In this document: positions 35,375 to 46,530 of the stretch, in pieces
Layout of the letters: each line of letters opens with the position of its first letter
How positions within the stretch are numbered: the stretch's first letter is position 1
Source: Escherichia coli
GTDB lineage: Bacteria; Pseudomonadota; Gammaproteobacteria; Enterobacterales; Enterobacteriaceae
Length of the DNA: 64,000 bases
Reading direction: 5' to 3' (one strand)
Assembly: GCF_001677475.2 (NCBI RefSeq)
Contig: NZ_CP015229.1
Notes under the pieces: generated by a model
Seen by the model: the letters and a program-made list of their open reading frames with translations, nothing else
What the model was told of the DNA's origin: nothing
Databases searched by the model: none
Position numbers and translations under genes: made by a program

Positions 35375-37921
35375 TTGTACCTCTATATTGAGACTCTGAA
35401 ACAGAGACTGGATGCCATAAATCAATTGCGTGTGGATCGCGCGCTTGCTGCTATGGGGCCTGCATTCCAACAGGTCTACAGTCTACTGCCGACATTGTTG
35501 CACTATCACCATCCGCTAATGCCGGGTTACCTTGATGGTAACGTTCCCAAAGGCATTTGCCTTTACACGCCTGATGAAACTCAACGCCACTACCTGAACG
35601 AGCTTGAACTGTATCGTGGAATGTCAGTACAGGACCCACCGAAAGGTGAGCTTCCAATTACTGGTGTATACACCATGGGCAGCACCTCGTCCGTAGGGCA
35701 AAGTTGTTCCTCTGACCTGGATATTTGGGTCTGTCATCAATCCTGGCTCGATAGCGAAGAGCGCCAGTTACTACAACGTAAATGCAGCTTGCTGGAAAGC
35801 TGGGCCGCCTCGCTGGGTGTGGAAGTCAGCTTCTTCCTGATTGATGAAAACCGCTTCCGTCATAATGAAAGCGGCAGCCTGGGGGGTGAAGATTGTGGCT
35901 CCACCCAGCATATACTGCTGCTTGACGAATTTTATCGTACCGCCGTGCGTCTCGCCGGTAAGCGTATTCTGTGGAATATGGTGCCGTGCGACGAAGAAGA
36001 GCATTACGACGACTATGTGATGACGCTTTACGCGCAGGGCGTGCTGACGCCAAATGAATGGCTGGATCTCGGTGGCTTAAGCTCGCTTTCTGCTGAAGAG
36101 TACTTTGGTGCCAGCCTTTGGCAGCTCTACAAAAGTATCGATTCTCCATACAAAGCGGTGCTGAAAACACTGCTGCTGGAAGCCTATTCCTGGGAATACC
36201 CGAACCCACGTTTGCTGGCGAAAGATATCAAACAGCGTTTGCACGACGGCGAGATTGTATCGTTTGGTCTCGATCCGTACTGCATGATGCTGGAGCGTGT
36301 TACTGAATACCTGACGGCGATTGAAGATTTTACCCGTCTGGATTTAGTACGTCGCTGCTTCTATTTAAAAGTGTGCGAAAAACTCAGCCGTGAACGCGCT
36401 TGCGTAGGCTGGCGTCGCGCAGTGTTGAGCCAGTTAGTGAGCGAGTGGGGTTGGGACGAAGCTCGTCTGACAATGCTCGATAACCGCGCTAACTGGAAGA
36501 TTGATCAGGTGCGTGAGGCGCACAACGAGTTGCTCGACGCGATGATGCAGAGCTACCGTAATCTGATCCGCTTTGCGCGTCGCAATAACCTTAGCGTCTC
36601 CGCCAGCCCGCAGGATATTGGCGTACTGACGCGTAAACTGTATGCCGCGTTTGAAGCGTTACCGGGTAAAGTGACGCTGGTAAACCCGCAGATTTCGCCC
36701 GATCTCTCGGAACCGAACCTGACCTTTATTTATGTGCCGCCGGGCCGGGCTAACCGTTCCGGTTGGTATCTGTATAACCGCGCGCCAAACATTGAGTCGA
36801 TCATCAGCCATCAGCCGCTGGAATATAACCGTTACCTGAATAAACTGGTGGCGTGGGCATGGTTTAACGGCCTGCTGACCTCGCGTACCCGTTTGTATAT
36901 TAAAGGTAACGGCATTGTCGATTTGCCTAAGTTGCAGGAGATGGTCGCCGATGTGTCACACCATTTCCCGCTGCGCCTGCCTGCACCGACGCCAAAAGCG
37001 CTCTACAGCCCGTGTGAAATTCGCCATCTGGCGATTATCGTTAACCTGGAATATGACCCGACAGCTGCGTTCCGCAATCAGGTGGTGCATTTTGATTTCC
37101 GTAAGCTGGATGTCTTCAGCTTTGGCGAGAATCAAAATTGCCTGGTAGGTAGCGTTGACCTGCTGTACCGCAACTCGTGGAACGAAGTGCGTACGCTGCA
37201 CTTTAACGGCGAGCAATCGATGATCGAAGCCCTGAAAACCATTCTCGGCAAAATGCATCAGGATGCCGCACCGCCAGATAGCGTGGAAGTCTTCTGTTAT
37301 AGCCAGCATCTGCGCGGGTTAATCCGTACTCGCGTGCAGCAACTGGTTTCTGAGTGTATTGAATTGCGTCTTTCCAGCACCCGCCAGGAAACCGGGCGTT
37401 TCAAGGCGCTGCGCGTTTCTGGTCAAACCTGGGGCTTGTTCTTCGAACGCCTGAATGTATCGGTACAGAAACTGGAAAACGCCATCGAGTTTTATGGCGC
37501 TATTTCGCATAACAAACTACACGGCCTGTCAGTGCAGGTTGAAACCAATCACGTCAAATTACCGGCGGTGGTGGACGGCTTTGCCAGCGAAGGGATCATC
37601 CAGTTCTTCTTCGAAGAAACGCATGACGAGAATGGCTTTAATATTTACATTCTCGACGAAAGCAACCGGGTTGAGGTGTATCACCACTGCGAAGGCAGCA
37701 AAGAGGAGCTGGTGCGTGACGTCAGTCGCTTCTACTCGTCATCGCACGACCGTTTTACCTACGGCTCAAGCTTCATCAACTTCAACCTGCCGCAGTTCTA
37801 TCAGATTGTGAAGGTTGATGGTCGTGAACAGGTGATTCCGTTCCGCACCAAATCGATTGGCAACATGCCGCCTGCCAATCAGGATCACGACACGCCGCTA
37901 TTACAGCAGTATTTTTCGTGA
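35375..37921 (+). CDS. cyaA: Class I adenylate cyclase
   Basis: 848-aa translation [42 protein letters not shown]...; TTG start codon at 35375. Confidence 0.95.
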   Translation: MYLYIETLKQRLDAINQLRVDRALAAMGPAFQQVYSLLPTLLHYHHPLMPGYLDGNVPKGICLYTPDETQRHYLNELELYRGMSVQDPPKGELPITGVYTMGSTSSVGQSCSSDLDIWVCHQSWLDSEERQLLQRKCSLLESWAASLGVEVSFFLIDENRFRHNESGSLGGEDCGSTQHILLLDEFYRTAVRLAGKRILWNMVPCDEEEHYDDYVMTLYAQGVLTPNEWLDLGGLSSLSAEEYFGASLWQLYKSIDSPYKAVLKTLLLEAYSWEYPNPRLLAKDIKQRLHDGEIVSFGLDPYCMMLERVTEYLTAIEDFTRLDLVRRCFYLKVCEKLSRERACVGWRRAVLSQLVSEWGWDEARLTMLDNRANWKIDQVREAHNELLDAMMQSYRNLIRFARRNNLSVSASPQDIGVLTRKLYAAFEALPGKVTLVNPQISPDLSEPNLTFIYVPPGRANRSGWYLYNRAPNIESIISHQPLEYNRYLNKLVAWAWFNGLLTSRTRLYIKGNGIVDLPKLQEMVADVSHHFPLRLPAPTPKALYSPCEIRHLAIIVNLEYDPTAAFRNQVVHFDFRKLDVFSFGENQNCLVGSVDLLYRNSWNEVRTLHFNGEQSMIEALKTILGKMHQDAAPPDSVEVFCYSQHLRGLIRTRVQQLVSECIELRLSSTRQETGRFKALRVSGQTWGLFFERLNVSVQKLENAIEFYGAISHNKLHGLSVQVETNHVKLPAVVDGFASEGIIQFFFEETHDENGFNIYILDESNRVEVYHHCEGSKEELVRDVSRFYSSSHDRFTYGSSFINFNLPQFYQIVKVDGREQVIPFRTKSIGNMPPANQDHDTPLLQQYFS

Positions 37922-37960
37922 TGAGCGTGCCGGAAAGCGAAGCTTATCCGGCATGCAATA

Positions 37961-38281
37961 TTAGCGGAAACTGACTGTTTCACCCGCCTGCTGCGTCGCC
38001 GCCTGTTCCAGCAAATCCCAGAAGGTTTCGCCGCTACGATCACAAATCCACTCATCGCCTTTCAGATCAAAATGGTAGCCGCCCTGTTTGGTTGCCAGCC
38101 ATACCTGGTGCAGCGGTTCCTGGCGGTTGATAATGATTTTGCTGCCGTTTTCAAAGGTAATGGTCAGTACACCGCCGTTGATTTCGCAGTCGATATCGCT
38201 GTCGCCATCCCAGTCGTCCAGGCGTTCTTCAATGGTCAGCCAGAGTTGATCAGCCAGGCGATGAAATTCACTGTCGTTCAT
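37961..38281 (-). CDS. cyaY: Frataxin homolog (iron-sulfur cluster assembly)
   Basis: 106-aa translation [63 protein letters not shown]... Confidence 0.93.
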
Positions 38282-38743
38282 TGTTGTATCCTGTTTTTAA
38301 GTGATGGCGGCAGTATAGCGGCATGGGGTCAGGGCTTCAAAGTTTGCACCTCTGCGGCTGCGTTACGGCATGATTCATCCGTCACCGGAATAATGATGTC
38401 TCTGTGTAGCGAAAGATTTGTCTCTTCATTAGGGCGCAGTTACACCACGCCTTTCCCTGTTTCTGGTAAACATTATGATCAGGTTTACCGAGCGAGCATC
38501 CTCACGCTGACGGAACTAAAAAAGCCAACAAACAAACCACATTGCGATAGTGCATAAAGCCATCCTGGCACGAGGTGCCGATCACGAAACTGCCAGCAAA
38601 ACATAAATCGCCACGTGTAAGCGTTATACTCGCAGCATTTCCTCACTTTTCAGACTTCATAAAGAGTCGCTAAACGCTTGCTTTTACGCCTTCTCCTGCG
38701 ATGATAGAAAGCAGAAAGCGATGAACTTTACAGGCAATCCATA

Positions 38744-38947
38744 ATGAAAAACGTGTTTAAGGCACTCACTGTATTACTTACTCTCTTCAGCCTGACGGGC
38801 TGCGGTCTGAAAGGTCCGCTCTATTTCCCGCCTGCAGATAAAAACGCACCGCCGCCGACCAAACCGGTAGAGACGCAAACGCAATCCACGGTGCCGGATA
38901 AAAACGACCGTGCCACTGGCGATGGTCCATCCCAGGTGAATTACTAA
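38744..38947 (+). CDS. lptM: Small lipoprotein YifL/LptM
   Basis: 67-aa translation MKNVFKALTVLLTLFSLTGCGLKGP... with lipobox LTGC. Confidence 0.85.
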   Translation: MKNVFKALTVLLTLFSLTGCGLKGPLYFPPADKNAPPPTKPVETQTQSTVPDKNDRATGDGPSQVNY

Positions 38948-38983
38948 AAGTCAGTTTCTGTACCCGCGTGATTGGAGTAAATG

Positions 38984-39808
38984 ATGCAGTTCTCGAAAAT
39001 GCATGGCCTTGGCAACGATTTTATGGTCGTCGACGCGGTAACGCAGAATGTCTTTTTTTCACCGGAGCTGATTCGTCGCCTGGCGGATCGGCACCTGGGG
39101 GTAGGGTTTGACCAACTGCTGGTGGTTGAGCCACCGTATGATCCTGAACTGGATTTTCACTATCGCATTTTTAATGCTGATGGCAGTGAAGTGGCGCAGT
39201 GCGGCAACGGCGCGCGCTGCTTTGCCCGTTTTGTGCGTCTGAAAGGGCTGACCAATAAGCGCGATATCCGCGTCAGCACCGCCAACGGGCGGATGGTTCT
39301 GACCGTCACCGATGATGATCTGGTTCGCGTAAACATGGGCGAGCCCAACTTCGAACCTTCCGCTGTGCCGTTTCGCGCTAACAAAGCGGAAAAGACCTAT
39401 ATTATGCGCGCCGCCGAGCAGACAATCTTATGTGGCGTGGTGTCGATGGGAAATCCGCACTGCGTGATTCAGGTCGATGATGTCGATACCGCGGCGGTAG
39501 AAACGCTTGGTCCTGTTCTGGAAAGCCACGAGCGTTTTCCGGAGCGCGCCAATATCGGTTTTATGCAAGTGGTTAAGCGCGAGCATATTCGTTTACGCGT
39601 TTATGAGCGTGGGGCAGGAGAAACCCAGGCCTGCGGCAGCGGCGCATGTGCGGCGGTGGCGGTAGGGATTCAGCAAGGTTTGCTGGCCGAAGAAGTACGC
39701 GTGGAACTCCCCGGCGGTCGTCTTGATATCGCCTGGAAAGGTCCGGGTCACCCGTTATATATGACTGGCCCGGCGGTACATGTCTACGACGGATTTATTC
39801 ATCTATGA
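38984..39808 (+). CDS. dapF: Diaminopimelate epimerase
   Basis: Translation [25 protein letters not shown]..., 274 aa. Confidence 0.95.
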
Positions 39809-40512
39809 AGCAACCAGGGGAAGAACTGCAGGAAACACTCACGGAGCTTGATGACCGGGCGGTTGTCGATTATCTGATTAAAAATCCTGAGTTTTTTATC
39901 CGCAATGCGCGCGCAGTTGAAGCGATACGTGTGCCGCATCCGGTACGCGGCACCGTTTCGTTGGTCGAATGGCACATGGCCCGTGCACGTAATCATATTC
40001 ATGTTCTGGAAGAGAACATGGCGTTGTTGATGGAGCAGGCTATCGCCAACGAAGGGCTGTTTTATCGCTTACTCTACTTGCAGCGCAGTCTCACCGCCGC
40101 CAGCAGTCTCGATGATATGCTGATGCGCTTTCACCGCTGGGCGCGCGATCTCGGCCTGGCGGGTGCGAGTCTGCGCCTGTTTCCGGATCGCTGGCGCTTA
40201 GGTGCGCCGTCGAACCACACTCATCTGGCATTAAGCCGTCAGTCTTTCGAACCGCTGCGTATTCAGCGTTTGGGGCAGGAACAGCACTATCTTGGGCCAC
40301 TTAACGGACCAGAGCTGCTGGTGGTGCTACCGGAAGCGAAAGCGGTGGGATCGGTGGCGATGTCGATGCTGGGAAGCGATGCTGATTTGGGTGTCGTGCT
40401 GTTTACCAGTCGCGATGCCAGTCACTATCAACAAGGGCAGGGAACGCAGTTACTTCATGAAATTGCGCTGATGTTGCCGGAGCTTCTGGAGCGTTGGATT
40501 GAACGCGTATGA
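39805..40512 (+). CDS. yigA: DUF484-family protein
   Basis: 235-aa ORF between dapF and xerC, 4-nt overlaps on both sides. Confidence 0.85.
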
Positions 40513-41405
40513 CCGATTTACACACCGATGTAGAACGCTACCTACGTTATCTGAGCGTGGAGCGTCAGCTTAGCCCGATAACCCTGCTTAACTATCAGCG
40601 TCAGCTTGAGGCGATCATCAATTTTGCCAGTGAAAACGGCCTGCAAAGCTGGCAGCAATGTGATGTGACGATGGTGCGCAATTTTGCTGTACGCAGTCGC
40701 CGTAAAGGGCTGGGAGCAGCAAGTCTGGCGTTACGGCTCTCTGCGCTACGTAGCTTTTTTGACTGGCTGGTCAGCCAGAACGAACTCAAAGCTAACCCGG
40801 CGAAAGGTGTTTCGGCACCGAAAGCGCCGCGTCATCTGCCGAAAAACATCGACGTCGACGATATGAATCGGCTGCTGGATATTGATATCAACGATCCCCT
40901 TGCTGTACGCGACCGTGCAATGCTGGAAGTGATGTACGGCGCGGGTCTGCGTCTTTCCGAGCTGGTGGGGCTGGATATAAAACACCTCGACCTGGAGTCC
41001 GGCGAAGTGTGGGTGATGGGGAAAGGCAGCAAAGAGCGCCGCCTGCCGATTGGTCGCAACGCTGTGGCGTGGATTGAGCACTGGCTTGATTTGCGCGACC
41101 TGTTTGGTAGCGAAGACGACGCGCTTTTTCTGTCGAAACTGGGCAAGCGTATCTCCGCGCGTAATGTGCAGAAACGCTTTGCCGAATGGGGCATAAAACA
41201 AGGGCTGAATAATCACGTTCACCCGCATAAATTACGTCACTCGTTCGCTACGCATATGCTGGAGTCGAGCGGCGATCTTCGTGGTGTGCAGGAGCTGCTG
41301 GGTCATGCCAACCTCTCCACCACGCAAATCTATACTCATCTTGATTTTCAACACCTTGCCTCGGTGTACGATGCGGCGCATCCACGCGCCAAACGGGGGA
41401 AATAA
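40509..41405 (+). CDS. xerC: Tyrosine site-specific recombinase XerC (chromosome dimer resolution)
   Basis: 298-aa translation with C-terminal [10 protein letters not shown]...LLGH...TTQIYTHL tyrosine recombinase motifs; core operon context, not a mobile-element integrase. Confidence 0.93.
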
Positions 41406-42121
41406 TGCGTTTTTACCGGCCTTTGGGGCGCATCTCGGCGCTCACCTTTGACCTGGATGATACCCTTTACGATAACCGTCCGGTGATTTTGCGCACCGAG
41501 CGAGAGGCGCTTACCTTTGTGCAAAATTATCATCCGGCGCTGCGCAGCTTCCAGAATGAAGATCTGCAACGCCTGCGCCAGGCGGTACGGGAAGCGGAAC
41601 CCGAGATTTATCACGACGTGACGCGCTGGCGTTTTCGTTCGATTGAACAAGCCATGCTCGACGCCGGGCTGAGTGCCGAAGAAGCCAGTGCAGGCGCACA
41701 CGCAGCAATGATCAACTTTGCCAAATGGCGCAGCCGAATCGATGTCCCGCAGCAAACCCACGACACCTTAAAACAGCTGGCGAAGAAATGGCCGCTGGTG
41801 GCGATCACCAACGGTAACGCCCAGCCGGAGCTGTTTGGTTTAGGGGATTATTTTGAGTTTGTGTTGCGCGCTGGCCCGCACGGGCGCTCAAAACCGTTCA
41901 GCGATATGTACTTCCTGGCGGCGGAAAAACTCAACGTGCCGATCGGCGAGATCTTACATGTCGGGGACGATCTCACCACTGACGTGGGTGGGGCAATTCG
42001 CAGCGGAATGCAGGCCTGTTGGATCAGACCGGAAAATGGCGATCTGATGCAAACCTGGGACAGCCGTTTACTCCCGCATCTGGAAATTTCCCGGTTGGCA
42101 TCTCTGACCTCGCTGATATAA
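41405..42121 (+). CDS. yigB: HAD-superfamily phosphatase
   Basis: 238-aa translation with N-terminal [13 protein letters not shown] motif I. Confidence 0.9.
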
Positions 42122-42130
42122 TCAGCAAAT

Positions 42131-42146
42131 CTGTATATATACCCAG
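42131..42146. promoter_or_regulatory. LexA (SOS) box upstream of uvrD
   Basis: ctgtatatatacccag fits CTGT-N8-ACAG with one mismatch; uvrD is a known SOS gene. Confidence 0.7.
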
Positions 42147-42204
42147 CTTTTTGGCGGAGGGCGTTGCGCTTCTCCGCCCAACCTATTTTTACGCGGCGGT
42201 GCCA

Positions 42205-44367
42205 ATGGACGTTTCTTACCTGCTCGACAGCCTTAATGACAAACAGCGCGAAGCGGTGGCCGCGCCACGCAGCAACCTTCTGGTGCTGGCGGGCGCGGGC
42301 AGTGGTAAGACGCGCGTACTGGTGCATCGTATCGCCTGGCTGATGAGCGTGGAAAACTGCTCGCCATACTCGATTATGGCGGTAACGTTTACCAACAAAG
42401 CGGCGGCAGAGATGCGTCATCGTATTGGGCAGCTGATGGGCACCAGCCAGGGCGGCATGTGGGTCGGCACCTTCCACGGGCTGGCGCACCGTCTGCTGCG
42501 TGCGCACCATATGGACGCCAATCTGCCGCAGGATTTTCAGATCCTCGACAGCGAGGACCAGCTACGCCTGCTCAAACGCCTAATCAAGGCGATGAACCTC
42601 GACGAGAAGCAGTGGCCGCCGCGCCAGGCAATGTGGTACATCAACAGCCAGAAAGATGAAGGCCTGCGTCCACATCATATTCAAAGCTACGGTAATCCGG
42701 TGGAGCAGACCTGGCAGAAGGTGTATCAGGCGTATCAGGAAGCGTGTGACCGCGCGGGCCTGGTGGACTTCGCCGAGCTGCTGCTACGTGCTCACGAGTT
42801 GTGGCTTAACAAGCCGCATATCCTTCAGCACTATCGCGAACGGTTTACCAATATCCTGGTGGACGAATTCCAGGATACCAACAACATTCAATACGCGTGG
42901 ATCCGCCTGCTGGCGGGCGATACCGGCAAAGTGATGATCGTTGGCGATGACGATCAGTCAATCTACGGCTGGCGCGGAGCGCAGGTGGAGAATATTCAGC
43001 GTTTCCTCAATGATTTCCCCGGTGCTGAAACTATCCGTCTGGAGCAGAACTACCGCTCTACCAGCAATATTCTGAGCGCCGCGAACGCCCTGATTGAAAA
43101 CAACAACGGGCGTTTGGGTAAAAAACTGTGGACCGATGGCGCGGACGGTGAGCCTATTTCCCTCTATTGCGCTTTTAACGAACTCGACGAAGCGCGTTTT
43201 GTGGTTAACCGTATCAAGACCTGGCAGGACAACGGTGGGGCGCTTGCCGAGTGCGCCATTCTCTACCGCAGCAACGCCCAGTCGCGTGTACTGGAAGAGG
43301 CCTTATTACAGGCGAGTATGCCGTACCGTATTTACGGCGGGATGCGCTTCTTCGAACGCCAGGAAATCAAAGATGCGCTCTCGTATCTGCGCCTGATTGC
43401 CAACCGTAACGACGACGCGGCCTTTGAGCGTGTGGTGAATACGCCAACGCGGGGTATTGGTGACCGGACGCTGGACGTGGTACGTCAGACATCGCGCGAT
43501 CGCCAGTTAACACTCTGGCAGGCATGTCGTGAACTGTTGCAGGAAAAAGCCCTCGCCGGACGTGCTGCCAGTGCCTTGCAACGGTTTATGGAACTGATCG
43601 ACGCCTTAGCGCAGGAAACTGCCGATATGCCGCTGCATGTACAGACTGACCGGGTCATTAAAGACTCCGGCCTGCGCACCATGTACGAGCAGGAGAAGGG
43701 CGAAAAAGGCCAGACGCGTATCGAAAACTTAGAGGAACTGGTGACGGCGACGCGCCAGTTCAGCTACAACGAAGAAGACGAAGATTTAATGCCGCTGCAG
43801 GCGTTCCTCTCCCATGCGGCACTGGAAGCAGGTGAAGGGCAGGCGGATACCTGGCAGGATGCGGTGCAGTTGATGACGCTACACTCGGCGAAAGGTCTGG
43901 AGTTCCCGCAGGTGTTTATCGTCGGTATGGAAGAGGGCATGTTCCCAAGCCAGATGTCGCTGGATGAAGGCGGACGTCTGGAAGAAGAACGCCGTCTGGC
44001 CTACGTTGGCGTAACCCGCGCGATGCAGAAACTGACGCTGACCTACGCGGAAACCCGCCGTCTGTATGGCAAAGAAGTTTACCATCGCCCGTCGCGCTTT
44101 ATCGGCGAGCTGCCGGAAGAGTGTGTGGAAGAGGTGCGCCTGCGCGCCACGGTAAGCCGCCCGGTCAGCCATCAACGGATGGGTACGCCGATGGTCGAGA
44201 ACGACAGCGGCTACAAGCTCGGCCAGCGCGTACGCCACGCTAAGTTTGGTGAAGGCACCATCGTCAATATGGAAGGCAGTGGCGAGCATAGCCGTTTGCA
44301 GGTGGCATTCCAGGGCCAGGGTATTAAATGGCTGGTGGCGGCTTACGCCCGGTTGGAGACGGTGTGA
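42205..44367 (+). CDS. uvrD: DNA helicase II
   Basis: Translation from ATG 42205 [38 protein letters not shown]..., 720 aa. Confidence 0.95.
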   Translation: MDVSYLLDSLNDKQREAVAAPRSNLLVLAGAGSGKTRVLVHRIAWLMSVENCSPYSIMAVTFTNKAAAEMRHRIGQLMGTSQGGMWVGTFHGLAHRLLRAHHMDANLPQDFQILDSEDQLRLLKRLIKAMNLDEKQWPPRQAMWYINSQKDEGLRPHHIQSYGNPVEQTWQKVYQAYQEACDRAGLVDFAELLLRAHELWLNKPHILQHYRERFTNILVDEFQDTNNIQYAWIRLLAGDTGKVMIVGDDDQSIYGWRGAQVENIQRFLNDFPGAETIRLEQNYRSTSNILSAANALIENNNGRLGKKLWTDGADGEPISLYCAFNELDEARFVVNRIKTWQDNGGALAECAILYRSNAQSRVLEEALLQASMPYRIYGGMRFFERQEIKDALSYLRLIANRNDDAAFERVVNTPTRGIGDRTLDVVRQTSRDRQLTLWQACRELLQEKALAGRAASALQRFMELIDALAQETADMPLHVQTDRVIKDSGLRTMYEQEKGEKGQTRIENLEELVTATRQFSYNEEDEDLMPLQAFLSHAALEAGEGQADTWQDAVQLMTLHSAKGLEFPQVFIVGMEEGMFPSQMSLDEGGRLEEERRLAYVGVTRAMQKLTLTYAETRRLYGKEVYHRPSRFIGELPEECVEEVRLRATVSRPVSHQRMGTPMVENDSGYKLGQRVRHAKFGEGTIVNMEGSGEHSRLQVAFQGQGIKWLVAAYARLETV

Positions 44368-44371
44368 CGTT

Positions 44372-44402
44372 GCGGAATGCGGTGCGCCACACCGCATTCC
44401 GC
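44372..44402. terminator. Palindromic hairpin (13-bp stem) between convergent uvrD and the DUF62 gene; candidate bidirectional terminator
   Basis: gcggaatgcggtg cgcca caccgcattccgc read directly. Confidence 0.55.
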
Positions 44403-44411
44403 ATCAGCACC

Positions 44412-45314
44412 TTACTTAGCGCACTTCTTCACATCAATATTCCAGTTAGCACCAGACGCAACCTGATGTTTCTGCGCGAAATTAGCCATATTCAGCGCCA
44501 CGGAAACATTCAATAAGCTGTTCAGATACACCATCGGCTGTCCTTCCGGCACATCGCCGAAGCTTGCGACATACGGCATTTTCCCTGCGTATTTTTGCTG
44601 GGAACCTTCGGAAATGGTCACACACAACGTGTCGTTGAGTTTGATTCCTGCCTGATTCAGCAACTCGTCGCTGATATTGCTCCAGACGTTGCCGTACTGA
44701 ATATCGAGAATCGGGATATTGCCCTTCACTTCACCTTTTGTTGCTTTTGCTTTCTGATAAGAAAGTTCGACAACTTTTGCAGGAAGCTCTGGCCCCACCT
44801 GTTCGAACGTAATCGCCCCGGAAGCCAGACGCGCCCCTGTGTAGGCATATACATCGCGACCATGGAAGGTATATGACTTTTCGGAACCTTTCAGGCGGTT
44901 GGTTTTTTCATCGATTTGCCGGACGCTCTCAATACCCAGCGATTCCGCCACCAAAGTGAGCGTACCGTTATCCGGTGAAACGAAGTATTGACCGTTTTTG
45001 GTTTTCAGCACTACCGATTTACGGTCAGTGCCTACGCCCGGATCGACCACACTGACAAATACCGAACCTTGCGGCCAGTAGCTGGCTGTCTGATACAGGC
45101 GGTAAGCGCCTTCCCAGATGTTATACGGTGGAATTTCGTGTGTTAAATCAAATATTTTAAGATTATGGTCAACACCGAATGCGACCCCTTTCATCGCCGA
45201 GACGGCACCATCTTTCAGGCTAAAATCAGTTTGTAAAATCAAAGCGTTATCCGCATAAGCGGATGATGATCCCAGACACGTTAATAAAAATAACGTTGCG
45301 AGCGTTTTTTTCAT
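44412..45314 (-). CDS. Secreted DUF62 / SAM hydroxide adenosyltransferase-fold (fluorinase-chlorinase superfamily) protein
   Basis: 300-aa translation; N-terminal signal peptide MKKTLATLFLLTCLGSSSAYA; blocks LILQTDFSLKDGAVSAMKGVAFGV...DLTHEIPPYNIWEGA, FVSPDNGTL, YGNVWSNI, FGDVPEGQPMVYLNS align with conserved blocks of the family as I remember them from SalL-type proteins. Confidence 0.7.
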   Translation of the reverse strand: MKKTLATLFLLTCLGSSSAYADNALILQTDFSLKDGAVSAMKGVAFGVDHNLKIFDLTHEIPPYNIWEGAYRLYQTASYWPQGSVFVSVVDPGVGTDRKSVVLKTKNGQYFVSPDNGTLTLVAESLGIESVRQIDEKTNRLKGSEKSYTFHGRDVYAYTGARLASGAITFEQVGPELPAKVVELSYQKAKATKGEVKGNIPILDIQYGNVWSNISDELLNQAGIKLNDTLCVTISEGSQQKYAGKMPYVASFGDVPEGQPMVYLNSLLNVSVALNMANFAQKHQVASGANWNIDVKKCAK

Positions 45315-45396
45315 TTTTGTTTCCCTTCATTTATCTGATAATTTTCCAGCTGTGTAGCCAGCCCCAGTTTGTCTGGCCTCCTCGAGTGTACAATGC

Positions 45397-46161
45397 TTAA
45401 CCTTTCCGCTCGACGGAAATCATGGTAACAAAAGGATAGCGTTGCCACGGGATTGCCCCGCCTTTCATATACATATGTGAAATCGTGCCATCAAGATAAA
45501 GCAGCTGCTCAACGTTCAGTTTCGCTTTGGCATAACAGGCAAAATCATAAAAATTTGTCGCCTGCTGGCTCAACAAAAACACGGCGCTCCCTTGTTTATT
45601 AATCCCAACACCGTTACGAATTTTACGTGAGGCGACGTTGGGATGAATACGCGGATTAATTACGCCGTTTTCCATCAACATTGGCCCTGACTGCACCGCA
45701 AACTGAATCTCTTTACTGGTTTTGAAGGCATCCAGACGAACGATGCCGACTTTATCTCCCGCGACATAAAACACGCCGCCAGGACGGATAAAGAAATTCC
45801 CTTCACCTGAAGCGAGATTTAACGCCACCTTCTGCTGACCGTTTTCGATGTACAAACCGAGCGGCGCATAGCTTTCATCATAGATGCCGCCGTTCATCGC
45901 CATCTGCACCTGACCCTGACTATTCATATCCGCCAGCAGAGCATGTAACGTTCCCCACGCTTCGGCATTGGCTTTTTGCCAGTACATTTTCACCCGCTCT
46001 GTTTGAGGATTAACGGTATACGCCTGTACGGTCAGCGCCGGATCTGAGAGTGCGCAATCATCAGCGGCAACAGCAAACAAGGGAAGTAAGGTGAGGGCGA
46101 GAAAAATCCGTTTGAGATTCAAGGTGATCATTCCTTTACCAATGAGTAGCCGATGCGCCAT
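45397..46161 (-). CDS. yigE: DUF2233-family (phosphodiester glycosidase-like) secreted protein
   Basis: 254-aa translation with signal-like N-terminus ...LKRIFLALTLLPLFAVAA. Confidence 0.85.
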   Translation of the reverse strand: MAHRLLIGKGMITLNLKRIFLALTLLPLFAVAADDCALSDPALTVQAYTVNPQTERVKMYWQKANAEAWGTLHALLADMNSQGQVQMAMNGGIYDESYAPLGLYIENGQQKVALNLASGEGNFFIRPGGVFYVAGDKVGIVRLDAFKTSKEIQFAVQSGPMLMENGVINPRIHPNVASRKIRNGVGINKQGSAVFLLSQQATNFYDFACYAKAKLNVEQLLYLDGTISHMYMKGGAIPWQRYPFVTMISVERKG

Positions 46162-46377
46162 TATAGGTCCTGGATGTGGGATTTTTTTATCCTGTTAGCG
46201 ACCTTGACGAGTACCAAAAAGCGCGAAGTTCAACTATTGTTCTGTGGTGTTCTGTTGCGTGTTGACGGCAAAATTTTGCTGGCGTAACATGCGCGCACGA
46301 TCACTCTAAGAGGACATTCGCCTTGGACACACCCAGTAGATACTGGCTCACTATCCTGTCATCCAGGATCAACTCCT

Positions 46378-46405
46378 AAGGCTATCCCTTTTTGCTGATA
46401 GCCTT
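46378..46405 (+). promoter_or_regulatory. Stem-loop in the long corA 5' leader
   Basis: aaggctatc / gatagcctt 9-bp stem with 10-nt loop, about 125 nt upstream of the corA start. Confidence 0.35.
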
Positions 46406-46530
46406 AGCGGTTGTCAGCGACCTCAATTTTTCCCGTCGCGCTGAGTCAGGCTGTTTAATGGTCTGAAACCCAATTTGTTTCTGTGTGCCCACCGAACTGT
46501 CCGATATTTTAAGCATTGGGAGTCCCGGTC

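Noticed and set aside
38072-38557. 161-aa ORF on the plus strand
   Set aside because: Mostly antisense to cyaY and then running into the cyaY-lptM intergenic region; no recognisable domain
40509-41405. Tyrosine recombinase as a mobile-element integrase
   Set aside because: It is xerC in its usual dapF-yigA-xerC-yigB operon context (chromosome dimer resolution), not an island or phage integrase
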